Shown here: positions 45,011 through 54,354 of the stretch, in pieces | Layout of the letters: every line of letters begins with the position of its first letter | Position numbering within the stretch: the stretch's first letter is position 1 | Source: Bryobacterales bacterium | GTDB taxonomy: Bacteria; Acidobacteriota; Terriglobia; Bryobacterales; UBA6623 | Direction of reading: 5' to 3' | NCBI GenBank assembly: GCA_965226215.1 | Contig: CBDDCH010000002.1 | Location: forward strand, 2,517,228 to 2,581,227 | Length of the DNA stretch: 64,000 nt | Notes under the pieces: generated by a model | What the model was told of the DNA's origin: nothing | The model's database searches: none | The model's input: only the letters and a program-made list of their open reading frames with translations | Made by a program: the position numbers and the translations under genes

Positions 45011-46163
45011 GTGTAGTGCCACTAACGGTTCTGGACAATGGCGTGGGTTTTGGCGGCGCGCTCGACTTTGGCGAGGATATCTTGTGCCGGAGCTGTCCAG
45101 ACAAAGGGCTTGGCCGCTTGGTTACTCGCTTCCAGGTACTCGTGGATGGCGGCCTCGAGTTCGGGAACACTGCGGAACACGCCGCGGCGGATGCGCTTCT
45201 GTGTCAGCTCGCGGAACCAGCGCTCGACGAGATTGAGCCAAGAAGAAGACGTGGGAATGAAGTGAAAGTGGAAGCGGGGGTGCTTCGCGAGCCACTTCTT
45301 CACCTGCTCATGCTTATGCGTGGAGTAGTTGTCCACGATCAGATGCAGCTCCAGCGCCGGTGGCGTTTCGCGATCGATCTTGCGTAGGAATTTGAGGAAT
45401 TCCTGGTACCGATGTCGCGGCAGACACTCCCCGATCACCTGGCCGTCGAGCACATTGAAGGCGGCGAACAGCGTCGTTGTGCCATGTCGTTTGAAGTCGT
45501 GGGTCATGGTGCCGGCGTGACCCTTTTTCAGGGGCAGTCCCGGCTGGCTGCGGTCTAAGGCCTGGATCTGGCTTTTCTCATCGACGCTGAGCACCAGCGC
45601 GTGCTCGGGCGGATTCAAGTACAGCCCGACCACGTCGCGGAGTTTCTCGACGAACTGCTTGTCGCGGCTGAGCTTGAAAGTTTCGAGGCGATGGGGCTGC
45701 AGTCCGTGCGCTTTCCAGACGCGCTGGATGGCCATCTTGGAGACGCCCAAGTGCTTGGCGAGGGTGCGGGTGCTCCAATGCGTGGCCGCCCGGGGCTTCT
45801 CGTGAAGCGTTGTATCGAGGATGCATTGGACGAATTCAGCGGAGAGCGCCGGTTTGCGTCCGGGGCGCGTCCGATCGCGGAGTCCGTCGAGGCCGGACTG
45901 GGCGAAGCGCTTTCGCCACAGGATGACGGTCTTGCGGTTGACGCCGAGTTCGCGGGCCATGGCGTGGTTCGCCAACCCCTGCGCACAGCGCAAAACAATG
46001 TGCGCTCGCAAGACCATTTTCTGCGTCGTATTGCGGCCTCGAACGAGGCGACGAAGAGCGTTTCGCTGCGGAGCGGTGAGGGCTAGAGCGTCAGCGGATG
46101 GCCACATAAACCATCCTACCGCGAAAAGGGTGTTATTGTACAGCTATTTATGTGGCACTACAC
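45011..46163 (-). mobile_element. IS630-family insertion sequence, copy 1 (1153 bp, intact transposase)
   Basis: It has 12-bp TIRs (GTGTAGTGCCAC / GTGGCACTACAC). It is flanked by TA at 45009-45010 and 46164-46165. Confidence 0.95.
45022..46107 (-). CDS. IS630-family transposase (HTH plus DDE domains), intact
   Basis: The 361-aa ORF reads MWPSADALALTAPQRNALRRLVRGRNT...GRKPALSAEF...[46 protein letters not shown]...[18 protein letters not shown]... Confidence 0.9.
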   Translation of the reverse strand: MWPSADALALTAPQRNALRRLVRGRNTTQKMVLRAHIVLRCAQGLANHAMARELGVNRKTVILWRKRFAQSGLDGLRDRTRPGRKPALSAEFVQCILDTTLHEKPRAATHWSTRTLAKHLGVSKMAIQRVWKAHGLQPHRLETFKLSRDKQFVEKLRDVVGLYLNPPEHALVLSVDEKSQIQALDRSQPGLPLKKGHAGTMTHDFKRHGTTTLFAAFNVLDGQVIGECLPRHRYQEFLKFLRKIDRETPPALELHLIVDNYSTHKHEQVKKWLAKHPRFHFHFIPTSSSWLNLVERWFRELTQKRIRRGVFRSVPELEAAIHEYLEASNQAAKPFVWTAPAQDILAKVERAAKTHAIVQNR

Positions 46164-46865
46164 TAGGTAGCGGGTTAGCCCGAGAAGTCCGGCCTTGGCG
46201 ACGCAATAGCTCACCGGTTTTACCGGCTGCGCGTGCTCCTCAAGACCGGCTTGCCGATAAATCCGCTGATCCGGTCCGAGAATGCCCATGTCGGAGGCGA
46301 TGTTCAAGATCACACCGTGGCCGCGACGGGCCATCTCGGCCCCGAAAACCTGACTGGCGAAGAACGCTCCGGTCAGGCTGACCTCGAGGTGGCGATGCCA
46401 CACCTCGGCGGGGAAGTTTTCCAGCCTACCCGAAGCACCGTTTGTCAGCCCGTTGGCGCCGACTTTCGGATCACAAGCGGCGTTGTTGATCAAGATGTCG
46501 ACTTTCCCGAAACGCTCGCGCGTCGCGGCAAGCGCCTCGACAAGCGAGTTGCGGTCGGTGACATCCCCGGCAACTCCCAACGTATCGGCGTTAAAAGCAG
46601 CCGCGGTCTCCTCGGCCCGGCGCCGGGCTTTCTCCGCGTCAAGATCGAGCAACACCGGGTGGCCGCCCAGCTCGGCAATCGCTTCGGCGTGCTTGACGCC
46701 CAACAGCCCCGCTCCACCCGTGATCACCGCTACCCGCCCGCTCAAGTCAAACGCGGCTTTGACCGAACGAGCGGCCTCCCGAGGGAACGGCGGCGGCCGC
46801 AGCGCTTCCGATGAATCAACCGGATCAACGATCCGCTCGGTCGTGTTGCTGGGATTCCCCGTCAT
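46164..46865 (-). pseudogene. SDR-family oxidoreductase, N-terminal part (gene split by IS630 copy 1)
   Basis: It starts MTGNPSNTTERIV... (ATG at 46865) and continues ...VAVITGGAGLLGVKHAEA...NNAA...YCVAKAGLLGLTRYL. It then runs into the IS end. Confidence 0.85.
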
Positions 46866-46953
46866 CCTAATTTGTCCTTGTTTATCCCGGCTTATCCCGC
46901 GGGAGCCGCCGCTTCCCGTTCGGGCTTGCCTTCGTATCGTGGACGAGACCATT

Positions 46954-47733
46954 TCAACAGAACGATCGCGTCTGTCCGCCATCGACCACCCAACAGGCGC
47001 CGGTTACAAACGAAGCTCTTTCCGAGGCCAAAAAAACCGCCGTGTCGGCGATCTCCCGCGGCGCGCCAAAGCGCTTAAGAGGGACCTCGCGTTGAATGTA
47101 GTCTTTGAAGAACTCCCGTCTCTCGGCCAGCTTTCTCTCCCACGAGCCGCCGGGAAACAGAACGTTCCCCGGCGCCACCGCGTTGACGCGGACACCGTGG
47201 GGCCCGGCCAGACGCGAGAGGCTTTTGACGGCTCTCTGCAGCGCGGCCTTCGCCGCGCTATAGGGAGCCGGCGCGCCGATCGCCTCCGAGCCGGCGATCG
47301 AAGAGACCATCACCAGGCTGCCGCGTTGCTCTTCCAGCATACGGGCGAGCGCTTCGGTGGCCAGCACCATGCCACCCAACAGATTCGCGTTCAACGCTGC
47401 CTGCCAGTCTTCGCGACTCAGCTGCCAACCGGCCGGCGCGGTTCCGTTTCCGACGTTCGCCACCACGATGTCCAATCTCCCGAAGGCGGCCGTCGTTCGC
47501 TCCAACGCCTCCTGGACGCCGCGCAGCTCGGTCATATCGCCCTGTACAGCCAGGACTCGCTGCTCGCCGGCCGGGGCTCCCAGTCCTCGAGCCGCCTCTT
47601 CGAGGCAGCACGGGTCACGACCGGTGACGACCACCCTGGCTCCTTCAGCCAGAAAAGCGCGTGCGATCGCCAGTCCGATACCGCGGCTCGATCCGGCGAT
47701 GAATGCGACGCTGTCGCGAAGGCCTAGATCCAT
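46954..47733 (-). CDS. SDR-family oxidoreductase
   Basis: The motifs are AFIAGSSRGIGLAIA, ...VANVG..., and YSAAKAALQ. The ORF has 259 aa. Confidence 0.85.
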   Translation of the reverse strand: MDLGLRDSVAFIAGSSRGIGLAIARAFLAEGARVVVTGRDPCCLEEAARGLGAPAGEQRVLAVQGDMTELRGVQEALERTTAAFGRLDIVVANVGNGTAPAGWQLSREDWQAALNANLLGGMVLATEALARMLEEQRGSLVMVSSIAGSEAIGAPAPYSAAKAALQRAVKSLSRLAGPHGVRVNAVAPGNVLFPGGSWERKLAERREFFKDYIQREVPLKRFGAPREIADTAVFLASERASFVTGACWVVDGGQTRSFC

Positions 47734-48623
47734 GGGCTTGCTTTTCGGCGGGGGGTCGCCGCGACGGTCGCCCGCGCGGCAGCCTGGAAGCGTTCCTCGA
47801 CGAAACGCCGGTTTCCGGCTGCCAAGTCGACTTCGCTCAGAATCTCATCACGCGCGGCTTGGAGAATGAAGGGCCCCGGGAAGCCGATCTCCGCCAACAG
47901 GCGAAAGCAGGCCCCAAAATCGGCGGCGCCGGTGTCCAGGGGAACGGTCCCGCCTCCCCTCAGACGGTCCTTGATATGGACGCTGCCGAGCCAAGGTCCC
48001 AACAGGGGCAGCTCTCGCTGCGGGTCATAGCCCAGCGAAGCGCTGTTCCCCGTGTCATAGTTGGCCCGCACCAACGTGTGGTCGGCCGCGGCGAGCAGCG
48101 CGGCGAACTCGTCGGGGGGCAGATCCGTCTCCAGGTGGATCTCAACTTCCGCCTGCTCGGCGACGGGGATGACTTCTTGGAGTACGGCCAACAGCCCCTC
48201 GACTTCTCTAGCGGATCGAAGGGACGAAGAATCGACAAAGGGCAACACGACATGTCGGGCGCCGAGGCGGCCAACCCGTGTCAATAGCCATCGAAGGTGC
48301 TCGACCACAGGACCCTGTGGAAATCCGTCATCTCCAACGAGGCGCTCGTTCATGTAGTAGTCGGCGCAGACCGACCCCACGGTGACGCCGGAACCCTTGG
48401 CCAGCGCCTGCACTTCCTCGATGCCGTGATCGCTTCCCAGCGGGTTGAAAGCCGCGGTCTCGGCCTCGTAGATCCACTCGATCGAGGCCAGCTCCGCCTT
48501 CTGAGCCCGAGAAAACTCTTTGCGCCATGATCGTTTCGGAAACGACTGAATGCGGCCGTCCTCGGGCAGGGACAGTCGGCCTTGCATGATGCCGATCTCG
48601 GGGAGCGTCAGCGCATCACTCAT
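47724..48623 (-). CDS. sugar phosphate isomerase/epimerase (xylose-isomerase-like TIM barrel)
   Basis: The 299-aa ORF has the pattern ...IEWIYE...VCADYYM...HVVLPFVD...IHLETD...ANYDTGNSASLGY...VHIKDR..., typical of AP_endonuc_2 / hexulose-type TIM barrels. Confidence 0.7.
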   Translation of the reverse strand: MSDALTLPEIGIMQGRLSLPEDGRIQSFPKRSWRKEFSRAQKAELASIEWIYEAETAAFNPLGSDHGIEEVQALAKGSGVTVGSVCADYYMNERLVGDDGFPQGPVVEHLRWLLTRVGRLGARHVVLPFVDSSSLRSAREVEGLLAVLQEVIPVAEQAEVEIHLETDLPPDEFAALLAAADHTLVRANYDTGNSASLGYDPQRELPLLGPWLGSVHIKDRLRGGGTVPLDTGAADFGACFRLLAEIGFPGPFILQAARDEILSEVDLAAGNRRFVEERFQAAARATVAATPRRKASPWI

Positions 48624-49189
48624 TGGCGAGCCTCCCGTGGAAGGTCGTCGCCCGAACCGTTGGCAGATTGGCCGCCGCCGCTCCGCTGAGCCTCGACAAC
48701 ATAGAAGGTTCTGACTACGCTATCGACCCATTGGGGCGCACTGTCGGTGTAGCGATCGCGGACGACGCGGGTCTGGAATCCGCGGCTTTCGAGATACCCC
48801 AGCACGGTCGGGAAGCTGTAGCGGTTGTTGAATTTGAGGTGCGTCGTCCGGTATTCGGCGACCGGCGAGGGGATGCTGTGAATCTGTTCGCTCTCGCCGA
48901 GAAACGTGCGCAGCAGGAGGGTCTTCCGAGCACCGTCGGCGAGGTGCTTGAGGGCCGGCATGAGACTGGGCAGATGCTCCAACATGGCGCTTGCGATGAC
49001 GATGTCGGCCGTTTTCGGTGGAGGAGCCTCCACAATGTCGTGCTCGATGAACTCGACGCCGTCCGCGCCGGCAAACCACTGGCGAGCGATCTCGAGGTAG
49101 GCCGGTTCAAACTCAACTCCGGTGTAGGAGATTCCAAACGCCTCAAAAGCTCGACAGGCATAGCCGGTCGCGCAGCCGACATCGAGCAA
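48620..49189 (-). CDS. class I SAM-dependent methyltransferase (start codon unclear)
   Basis: It contains LLDVGCATGYACRAFEAFGISYTGVEFEP...IVIASAMLEHLP... The track start is a TTG placed right at motif I. The frame is open for 43 more codons upstream (EISFTEITGSAYTELLEKRLAGEAPELTWLGQFRDILRPQLRQGVS) without an ATG or GTG. Confidence 0.65.
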   Translation of the reverse strand: MLDVGCATGYACRAFEAFGISYTGVEFEPAYLEIARQWFAGADGVEFIEHDIVEAPPPKTADIVIASAMLEHLPSLMPALKHLADGARKTLLLRTFLGESEQIHSIPSPVAEYRTTHLKFNNRYSFPTVLGYLESRGFQTRVVRDRYTDSAPQWVDSVVRTFYVVEAQRSGGGQSANGSGDDLPREARQ

Positions 49190-49463
49190 GCTGACCCCCT
49201 GCCGAAGCTGAGGCCGCAGGATGTCTCGAAACTGCCCCAGCCAAGTCAGCTCGGGCGCCTCTCCCGCGAGCCGTTTCTCTAATAGCTCGGTGTAGGCCGA
49301 GCCGGTGATTTCGGTGAAACTAATTTCTTAGACGGTTGCCCGCGTCTTAGATCGTTGCCGGCTCAAAGAGTCGCCCTCTCGCGATGGGGAAACGCGTGCC
49401 TCTTCGAGAAGGTCGGCTGCCTTCCGGAAACCCCCGAACAGGCGTCGGCCCGCGCCCCCCCCC

Positions 49464-49919
49464 TCAGCTTGCCGCCGATGCGGGTCTGCCCGTCACTTCA
49501 ACCAGCTCCACCGGCGTGCCGTCGGGGTCTTTGCAGAACGTCACTTTCGCGTAGCCGTCTAGAGACTCTTGCGGCGCGGCGTGGAAGGGCACGCCCGCCG
49601 CGGCCAACCGGCGCCGAACCTCCTCCAGGTCGTCGACCGTAAAGGCGACGTGCGAGGGGCCGATGGCGTAGATCTCGCGCTCGAGACCCCGGCGGCAACG
49701 GTGCGAGTCGAATTCGAGCAGCTCGACCAGCGCCGCCTCGCCTTCGCTCGCCATCTTGACCGTCTTCACACGAACATTGTCGAGCGCCAGCATGTTGTCG
49801 ATGTAGTCGCCCGACTCGTTCATCGATCGCACCACGCTTAAACCCAACAGGTCGCGATAAAACCGCAGCGACCGCTCCATGTCGCCGACGACAATGCCGA
49901 AGTGGCGGATTCGGGTCAC
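49464..49919 (-). CDS. VOC-family (glyoxalase/bleomycin-resistance/dioxygenase fold) protein
   Basis: Only the last 151 residues of the 378-aa track ORF look real (VTRIRHFGIVVGDMERSLRFYRDLLGL...GPSHVAFTVDDLEEVRRRL...DPDGTPVELVE). The GTG start at 49919 overlaps the upstream TGA as GTGA. Confidence 0.75.
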   Translation of the reverse strand: MTRIRHFGIVVGDMERSLRFYRDLLGLSVVRSMNESGDYIDNMLALDNVRVKTVKMASEGEAALVELLEFDSHRCRRGLEREIYAIGPSHVAFTVDDLEEVRRRLAAAGVPFHAAPQESLDGYAKVTFCKDPDGTPVELVEVTGRPASAAS

Positions 49920-51307
49920 GAGCCCGCCCCCGAACCGACGACGGCCTCGATCGACTCTTCGAGAACCTGAAGGCCTTCTTCCAAAGCTTCCTCGGTGATC
50001 ACCAGCGGCGGCGCCAGCTTGATCGACTCCCGTCCGGTGTGGACGACGAGCAAGCCGCGGCGCATGGCTTCTTCTGAAATCTAGGTCGCCGACTCCGCCC
50101 CCGAACGGCCCGGGGCGTCTCCCAGGTGGAGGGCGGCCACGAGTCCCTTCCCGAATACGTAACTGATATGCGCCGGAAACCGCTCCCGAATGTCCTCCAA
50201 CCGCTGCTGGAGCCGTTCGCCCAACACAGCCGCGTTTTCGATCAGACCGTCCTCGAGAAGCGCCTTCAGGTTCGCCAGACCAGCGGCGCATGCCAAGGGA
50301 TTGGCCGAATGCGTCGAGCTCATCGAGCCGACCTCGGGCAGGTCCATCACCTCCCGGCTGCCGAGAACCACAGACAGCGGAAAGCCCGAGGAGACCCCTT
50401 TGCCGCAACAGAGCAGATCTGCTCCCACGCCGTAGTGCATGTAGCCGAAAAGCTTGCCCGTCCTGCCGAAGCCCGACTGCATTTCGTCGAAGGCAACCAG
50501 CATGTCGTGGCGGTCGGCAAACTCCCGGACGGCGCGGACAAACCGCTCCGGATAAAACAACGCCCCCCAGCCTTGGAAAGTCTCGAGCATGAAACCACAC
50601 AGGTCCCGGCCGGGGTCGAGTCGCTTCTCCTCGACGAGAGCCGCCATCGATCGCTCGAAATAGCTTTCCGGATCGAGCAGGGCCTCGACCCGCCAGGGAT
50701 AGGGGAAGGGCAGGTGATGAATGTTCGGGTCGCTGTAGCCGATCCAGTTCTTTTGCCCGGGATGGAAGCTCATCATCTGGGCGCCCAGGGTCCGCCCGTG
50801 CCAGTTGCCTTCAAAAGTAATGACGCCCCCACGCCGCTTGCCGGCCTCTTGACCTTGCATGCGCATCAGCTTCAGGGCGCACTCGGTCGCTTCCGTGCCC
50901 GCCGACAGCAGAAAGGCCTTCTCGAAGCCCGCCGGCGTGACCTCGATCAGATAGCGCAGGTAGTCCGCCCGGATTTTCGTCGCGTAGTTATAGGAGTGAA
51001 GCAGGGGCTTGGCCAACTGCTCGCCGACGGCTTGGACGACGCGAGGGTTGGCGTGCCCGGCGTTGGCGACGAAGATGGTCGACGTGAAGTCGATCCAGGT
51101 GTTGCCCCACGCGTCATGAACTTGAAAACCCTCGGCGCGGTCCCAGACGACGGGCAGCTGCCCGTGCATGGCCCTGGACTCGTAGCGCGCCAGATCGTCC
51201 AAGATGGGCTGGGCCTGGGGAACGGGAATCGGAGTCCGAATCCGCCGAAACTTCGTTTCGATCCCAGTAGGGGCGGTTTTGGCGAGTGATGAAGATGTTG
51301 TAGCCAT
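49916..51307 (-). pseudogene. class-III (PLP, fold-type I) aminotransferase with an in-frame TAG
   Basis: ...AGTEATECALKLMR...FDEMQSGFGRTGKLF...CCGKGVSSGFPLS...STHSANPLACAA... is class III. The ORF stops at a TAG at 50081-50083. The same frame continues with ISEEAMRRGLLVVHTGRESIKLAPPLVITEEALEEGLQVLEESIEAV, the canonical C-terminal strand-helix of the family, up to a TGA at 49916. Confidence 0.8.
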
Positions 51308-51552
51308 ATTGTTCTCTTTCCCGGCGCGTGCTTTGCCGGCGTGGAATCCCCCGGAAGCGTCCGAGTAATTGTGAAAGGGTCTGCCCAGTAGACCGTCTCG
51401 GACAAGACTTTATGATCGTCCTGGCGCCGTGGCGGAAGGTGTGGGCTGGGATGTGGCGCACGCATTCTTTCGTGCTGTGTCGCCATTCGTGGCGACATGT
51501 CCCTGGGGTGAACCCCTCCGCTGAGACAATCGGCGGTAGCGACACTCGCCGT

Positions 51553-52626
51553 TCAATGGTTTTTCCTTCTCCCCATAGCCTCTTCTGTTCTAGCATGGTC
51601 CTCGGCGGGTGAAGCGGAGGCGGGCTCTGGTGGAGACCAACCCGCCGAGGAATAGCCGGCCGGAGACTCATCGAAACGATGGTTCGGGGAGCCGGCTGCG
51701 GTCGGCTTCTCGTTCAGCAACCCCTTCCCATCGGATCGATAGATCTCCTGCTGCCTAAAAAAACTCATCGTCGCTCCGGCGCAAGCCGCCTTCGTCCCGG
51801 CGGCCCGCTCGAACTCCTCGGGGGGCCGATAGCCCAGCGCCGAATGCAGACGGCAGCGGTTGTAGTAGCGCTCGATGAAGTCCTCGATGTTCGCGCGCAG
51901 GTGGTCGAGATCCTGATAATCGTTGGCGTAGATCTCCTCCCGCTTGAGCGTCTTGATGAAGCTCTCACAACTGGCATTGTCGTAGGGGTTCGCCGGCCGA
52001 CTCATGCTGGGGATCGCTTGCTGGCGGCGCAAGCTCCTCACGTAGGCGCCGGAAGCGTACTGCACACCGCGATCGGAGTGATGGACCAGGCCGGGCGGCG
52101 GTTGCCGTTCGGCCATCGCCTGCTCCAGTGCCGCCAGCGGCAAGCGGGCGGCCAGCGTTCTCTCCAGCGCCCAGCCCACCACCTTCCGCGAGTAGGCGTC
52201 CAAGACCACGGCCAGATAAACGAACTCGGCCTTCAGCCGGATGTGGGTGATGTCGGCCACCCACAGCTGATTGATCCCGGTCAGCTTGATGCGGGCGGCT
52301 AGGTTGAGGTAAACCTCCAGCGGATGATCGGCCTCCGTGGTGGCCACGAACGCCCGGGGTTGGACCCCGAGCAACCCGTCCTGGCGCATGATCCGCGCCA
52401 CGCGCTTGTGGTTCACCACCATCCCCCGCCGGCGGAGTTCCGCCGCGACCCTGCGGTAGCCATAGCGTCGCCGATGTTCGAGGGCAACCTCCTGGATCGC
52501 CGACCGCACTTCCATGTCTTCTTCCAGCGGCATCTGCTCTTTGAATGACCGATAGAAACCAGCCCGGCTCACTGGGGCCAGCCGGCACATCCGCTCGACA
52601 CTCAGTCTGCCTTGCAGCGGCATCAA
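51553..52626 (-). CDS. IS3-family transposase OrfB (DDE integrase core)
   Basis: ...NQLWVADITHIRL...YLAVVLDAYSRKVVGWAL...VHHSDRGVQYAS...PYDNASCESFIKTLKREE... is the rve/DDE domain. The frame is open upstream to about 52730, consistent with an OrfAB fusion. Confidence 0.9.
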   Translation of the reverse strand: MMPLQGRLSVERMCRLAPVSRAGFYRSFKEQMPLEEDMEVRSAIQEVALEHRRRYGYRRVAAELRRRGMVVNHKRVARIMRQDGLLGVQPRAFVATTEADHPLEVYLNLAARIKLTGINQLWVADITHIRLKAEFVYLAVVLDAYSRKVVGWALERTLAARLPLAALEQAMAERQPPPGLVHHSDRGVQYASGAYVRSLRRQQAIPSMSRPANPYDNASCESFIKTLKREEIYANDYQDLDHLRANIEDFIERYYNRCRLHSALGYRPPEEFERAAGTKAACAGATMSFFRQQEIYRSDGKGLLNEKPTAAGSPNHRFDESPAGYSSAGWSPPEPASASPAEDHARTEEAMGRRKNH

Positions 52627-52970
52627 CTCCCGGATTTGGTCGTAGACGCCTTCTCGCCACAGCTGCCGCTGCCGTGGCGTCGAGCCTCGATTTTTTCGAA
52701 GGCGCCTTTGAAAAAATCCACTTCCAGCGTCTTATCCCCCAACAGACGCTGCAACGCGCGGATCTCCTGGCGCAGTTCCCGCTCGCGGGAGGCGACCGGC
52801 GGACCGGGCCCCTCCTCCGTCGGCTCCATCCGATTTCGCCACCTGTACAGCAGCCCTCGGTGAATCCCCAGCTCCTTCGACAGCGCTGTCACGCTCTGGC
52901 AGCTTTTCAGCCGCTCCAGTGCCATCTTCCGGTATTCTTCGGGAAACTTGTAAACTCGTCTCTTGCCCAC
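52623..52970 (-). CDS. IS3-family transposase OrfA (HTH)
   Basis: The 115-aa ORF reads ...EEYRKMALERLKSCQSVTALSKELGIHRGLLYRWR..., followed by a leucine-zipper-like region. A candidate -1 slippery heptamer T TTT TTC lies in the orfA frame at 52710-52716 (minus strand). An A6 run lies 12 nt downstream. Confidence 0.85.
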   Translation of the reverse strand: MGKRRVYKFPEEYRKMALERLKSCQSVTALSKELGIHRGLLYRWRNRMEPTEEGPGPPVASRERELRQEIRALQRLLGDKTLEVDFFKGAFEKIEARRHGSGSCGEKASTTKSGS

Positions 52971-53201
52971 TCGCAGTTCCTTTCCCGGCTAAAGTGTCGC
53001 TATCACGACTGTCTCATTTTGGGGGTTCACTCCATCTCGTTGGTGCGCTGGCCCTTCTGCCGGCCGATGGGATGCCGGCAAGAATGGCAACACAATGCCG
53101 GCAAGAATGCCGGCACAGCACGCTGACAGCGTGCGCCACGTCGCTTTCGAGCCCGACATTTCCGAATCCATAGTCAACTCGTCTCGACGACAGTCCGGCT
53201 A

Positions 53202-54354
53202 GTGTAGTGCCACTAACGGTTCTGGACAATGGCGTGGGTTTTGGCGGCGCGCTCGACTTTGGCGAGGATATCTTGTGCCGGAGCTGTCCAGACAAAGGGC
53301 TTGGCCGCTTGGTTGCTCGCTTCCAGGTACTCGTGGATGGCGGCCTCGAGTTCGGGAACACTGCGGAACACGCCGCGGCGGATGCGCTTCTGTGTCAGCT
53401 CGCGGAACCAGCGCTCGACGAGATTGAGCCAAGAAGAAGACGTGGGAATGAAGTGAAAGTGGAAGCGGGGGTGCTTCGCGAGCCACTTCTTCACCTGCTC
53501 ATGCTTATGCGTGGAGTAGTTGTCCACGATCAGATGCAGCTCCAGCGCCGGTGGCGTTTCGCGATCGATCTTGCGTAGGAATTTGAGGAATTCCTGGTGC
53601 CGATGTCGCGGCAGACACTCCCCGATCACCTGGCCGTCGAGCACATTGAAGGCGGCGAACAGCGTCGTTGTGCCATGTCGTTTGAAGTCGTGGGTCATGG
53701 TGCCGGCGCGACCCTTTTTCAGGGGCAGTCCCGGCTAGCTGCGGTCTAAGGCCTGGATCTGGCTTTTCTCATCGACGCTGAGCACCAGCGCGTGCTCGGG
53801 CGGATTCAAGTACAGCCCGACCACGTCGCGGAGTTTCTCGACGAACTGCTTGTCGCGGCTGAGCTTGAAAGTTTCGAGGCGATGGGGCTGCAGTCCGTGC
53901 GCTTTCCAGACGCGCTGGATGGCCATCTTGGAGACGCCCAAGTGCTTGGCGAGGGTGCGGGTGCTCCAATGCGTGGCCGCCCGGGGCTTCTCGTGAAGCG
54001 TTGTATCGAGGATGCATTGGACGAATTCAGCGGAGAGCGCCGGTTTGCGTCCGGGGCGCGTCCGATCGCGGAGTCCGTCGAGGCCGGACTGGGCGAAGCG
54101 CTTTCGCCACAGGATGACGGTCTTGCGGTTGACGCCGAGTTCGCGGGCCATGGCGTGGTTCGCCAACCCCTGCGCACAGCGCAAAACAATGTGCGCTCGC
54201 AAGACCATTTTCTGCGTCGTATTGCGGCCTCGAACGAGGCGACGAAGAGCGTTTCGCTGCGGAGCGGTGAGGGCTAGAGCGTCAGCGGATGGCCACATAA
54301 ACCATCCTATCGCGAAAAGGGTGTTATTGTACAGCTATTTATGTGGCACTACAC
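53202..54354 (-). mobile_element. IS630-family insertion sequence, copy 2 (1153 bp, amber-interrupted transposase)
   Basis: It has the same TIRs as copy 1 and is flanked by TA at 53200-53201 and 54355-54356. It sits exactly at the stop codon of the cytidylyltransferase gene. Confidence 0.95.
53213..54298 (-). pseudogene. IS630 transposase split by a TAG (HTH part 53735..54298, DDE part 53213..53698)
   Basis: It reads ...[20 protein letters not shown]..., where copy 1 has ...[15 protein letters not shown]... The TAG is at 53735-53737, against CAG in copy 1. Confidence 0.9.

Larger units (their letters stand above)
51509..53029 (-). mobile_element. IS3-family insertion sequence (about 1.5 kb)
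   Basis: The imperfect terminal inverted repeats are TGAACCCCTCCGCTGAGACAATCGGCGGTAGCGACACT (51509->) and the reverse complement of ...AGTGTCGCTATCACGACTGTCTCATTTTGGGGGTTCA (->53029). It has the orfA/orfB arrangement with orfB in the -1 frame. I found no clear 3-bp TSD. Confidence 0.8.

Noticed and set aside
49920-50600. The N-terminal 227 residues of the 378-aa ORF 49464..50600
   Set aside because: They are Arg/Gly/Pro-rich and low in complexity, and they lie entirely out of frame over the class-III aminotransferase gene. Only the VOC domain from the GTG at 49919 is credible.
36173-51307. An alternative genetic code or stop-codon reassignment as the explanation for the in-frame stops
   Set aside because: All three stop codons occur as interruptions. 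All three also terminate well-supported genes in this window at the expected positions (for example TGA for the priming transferase, TAG for the cytidylyltransferase). No single reassignment explains the pattern.
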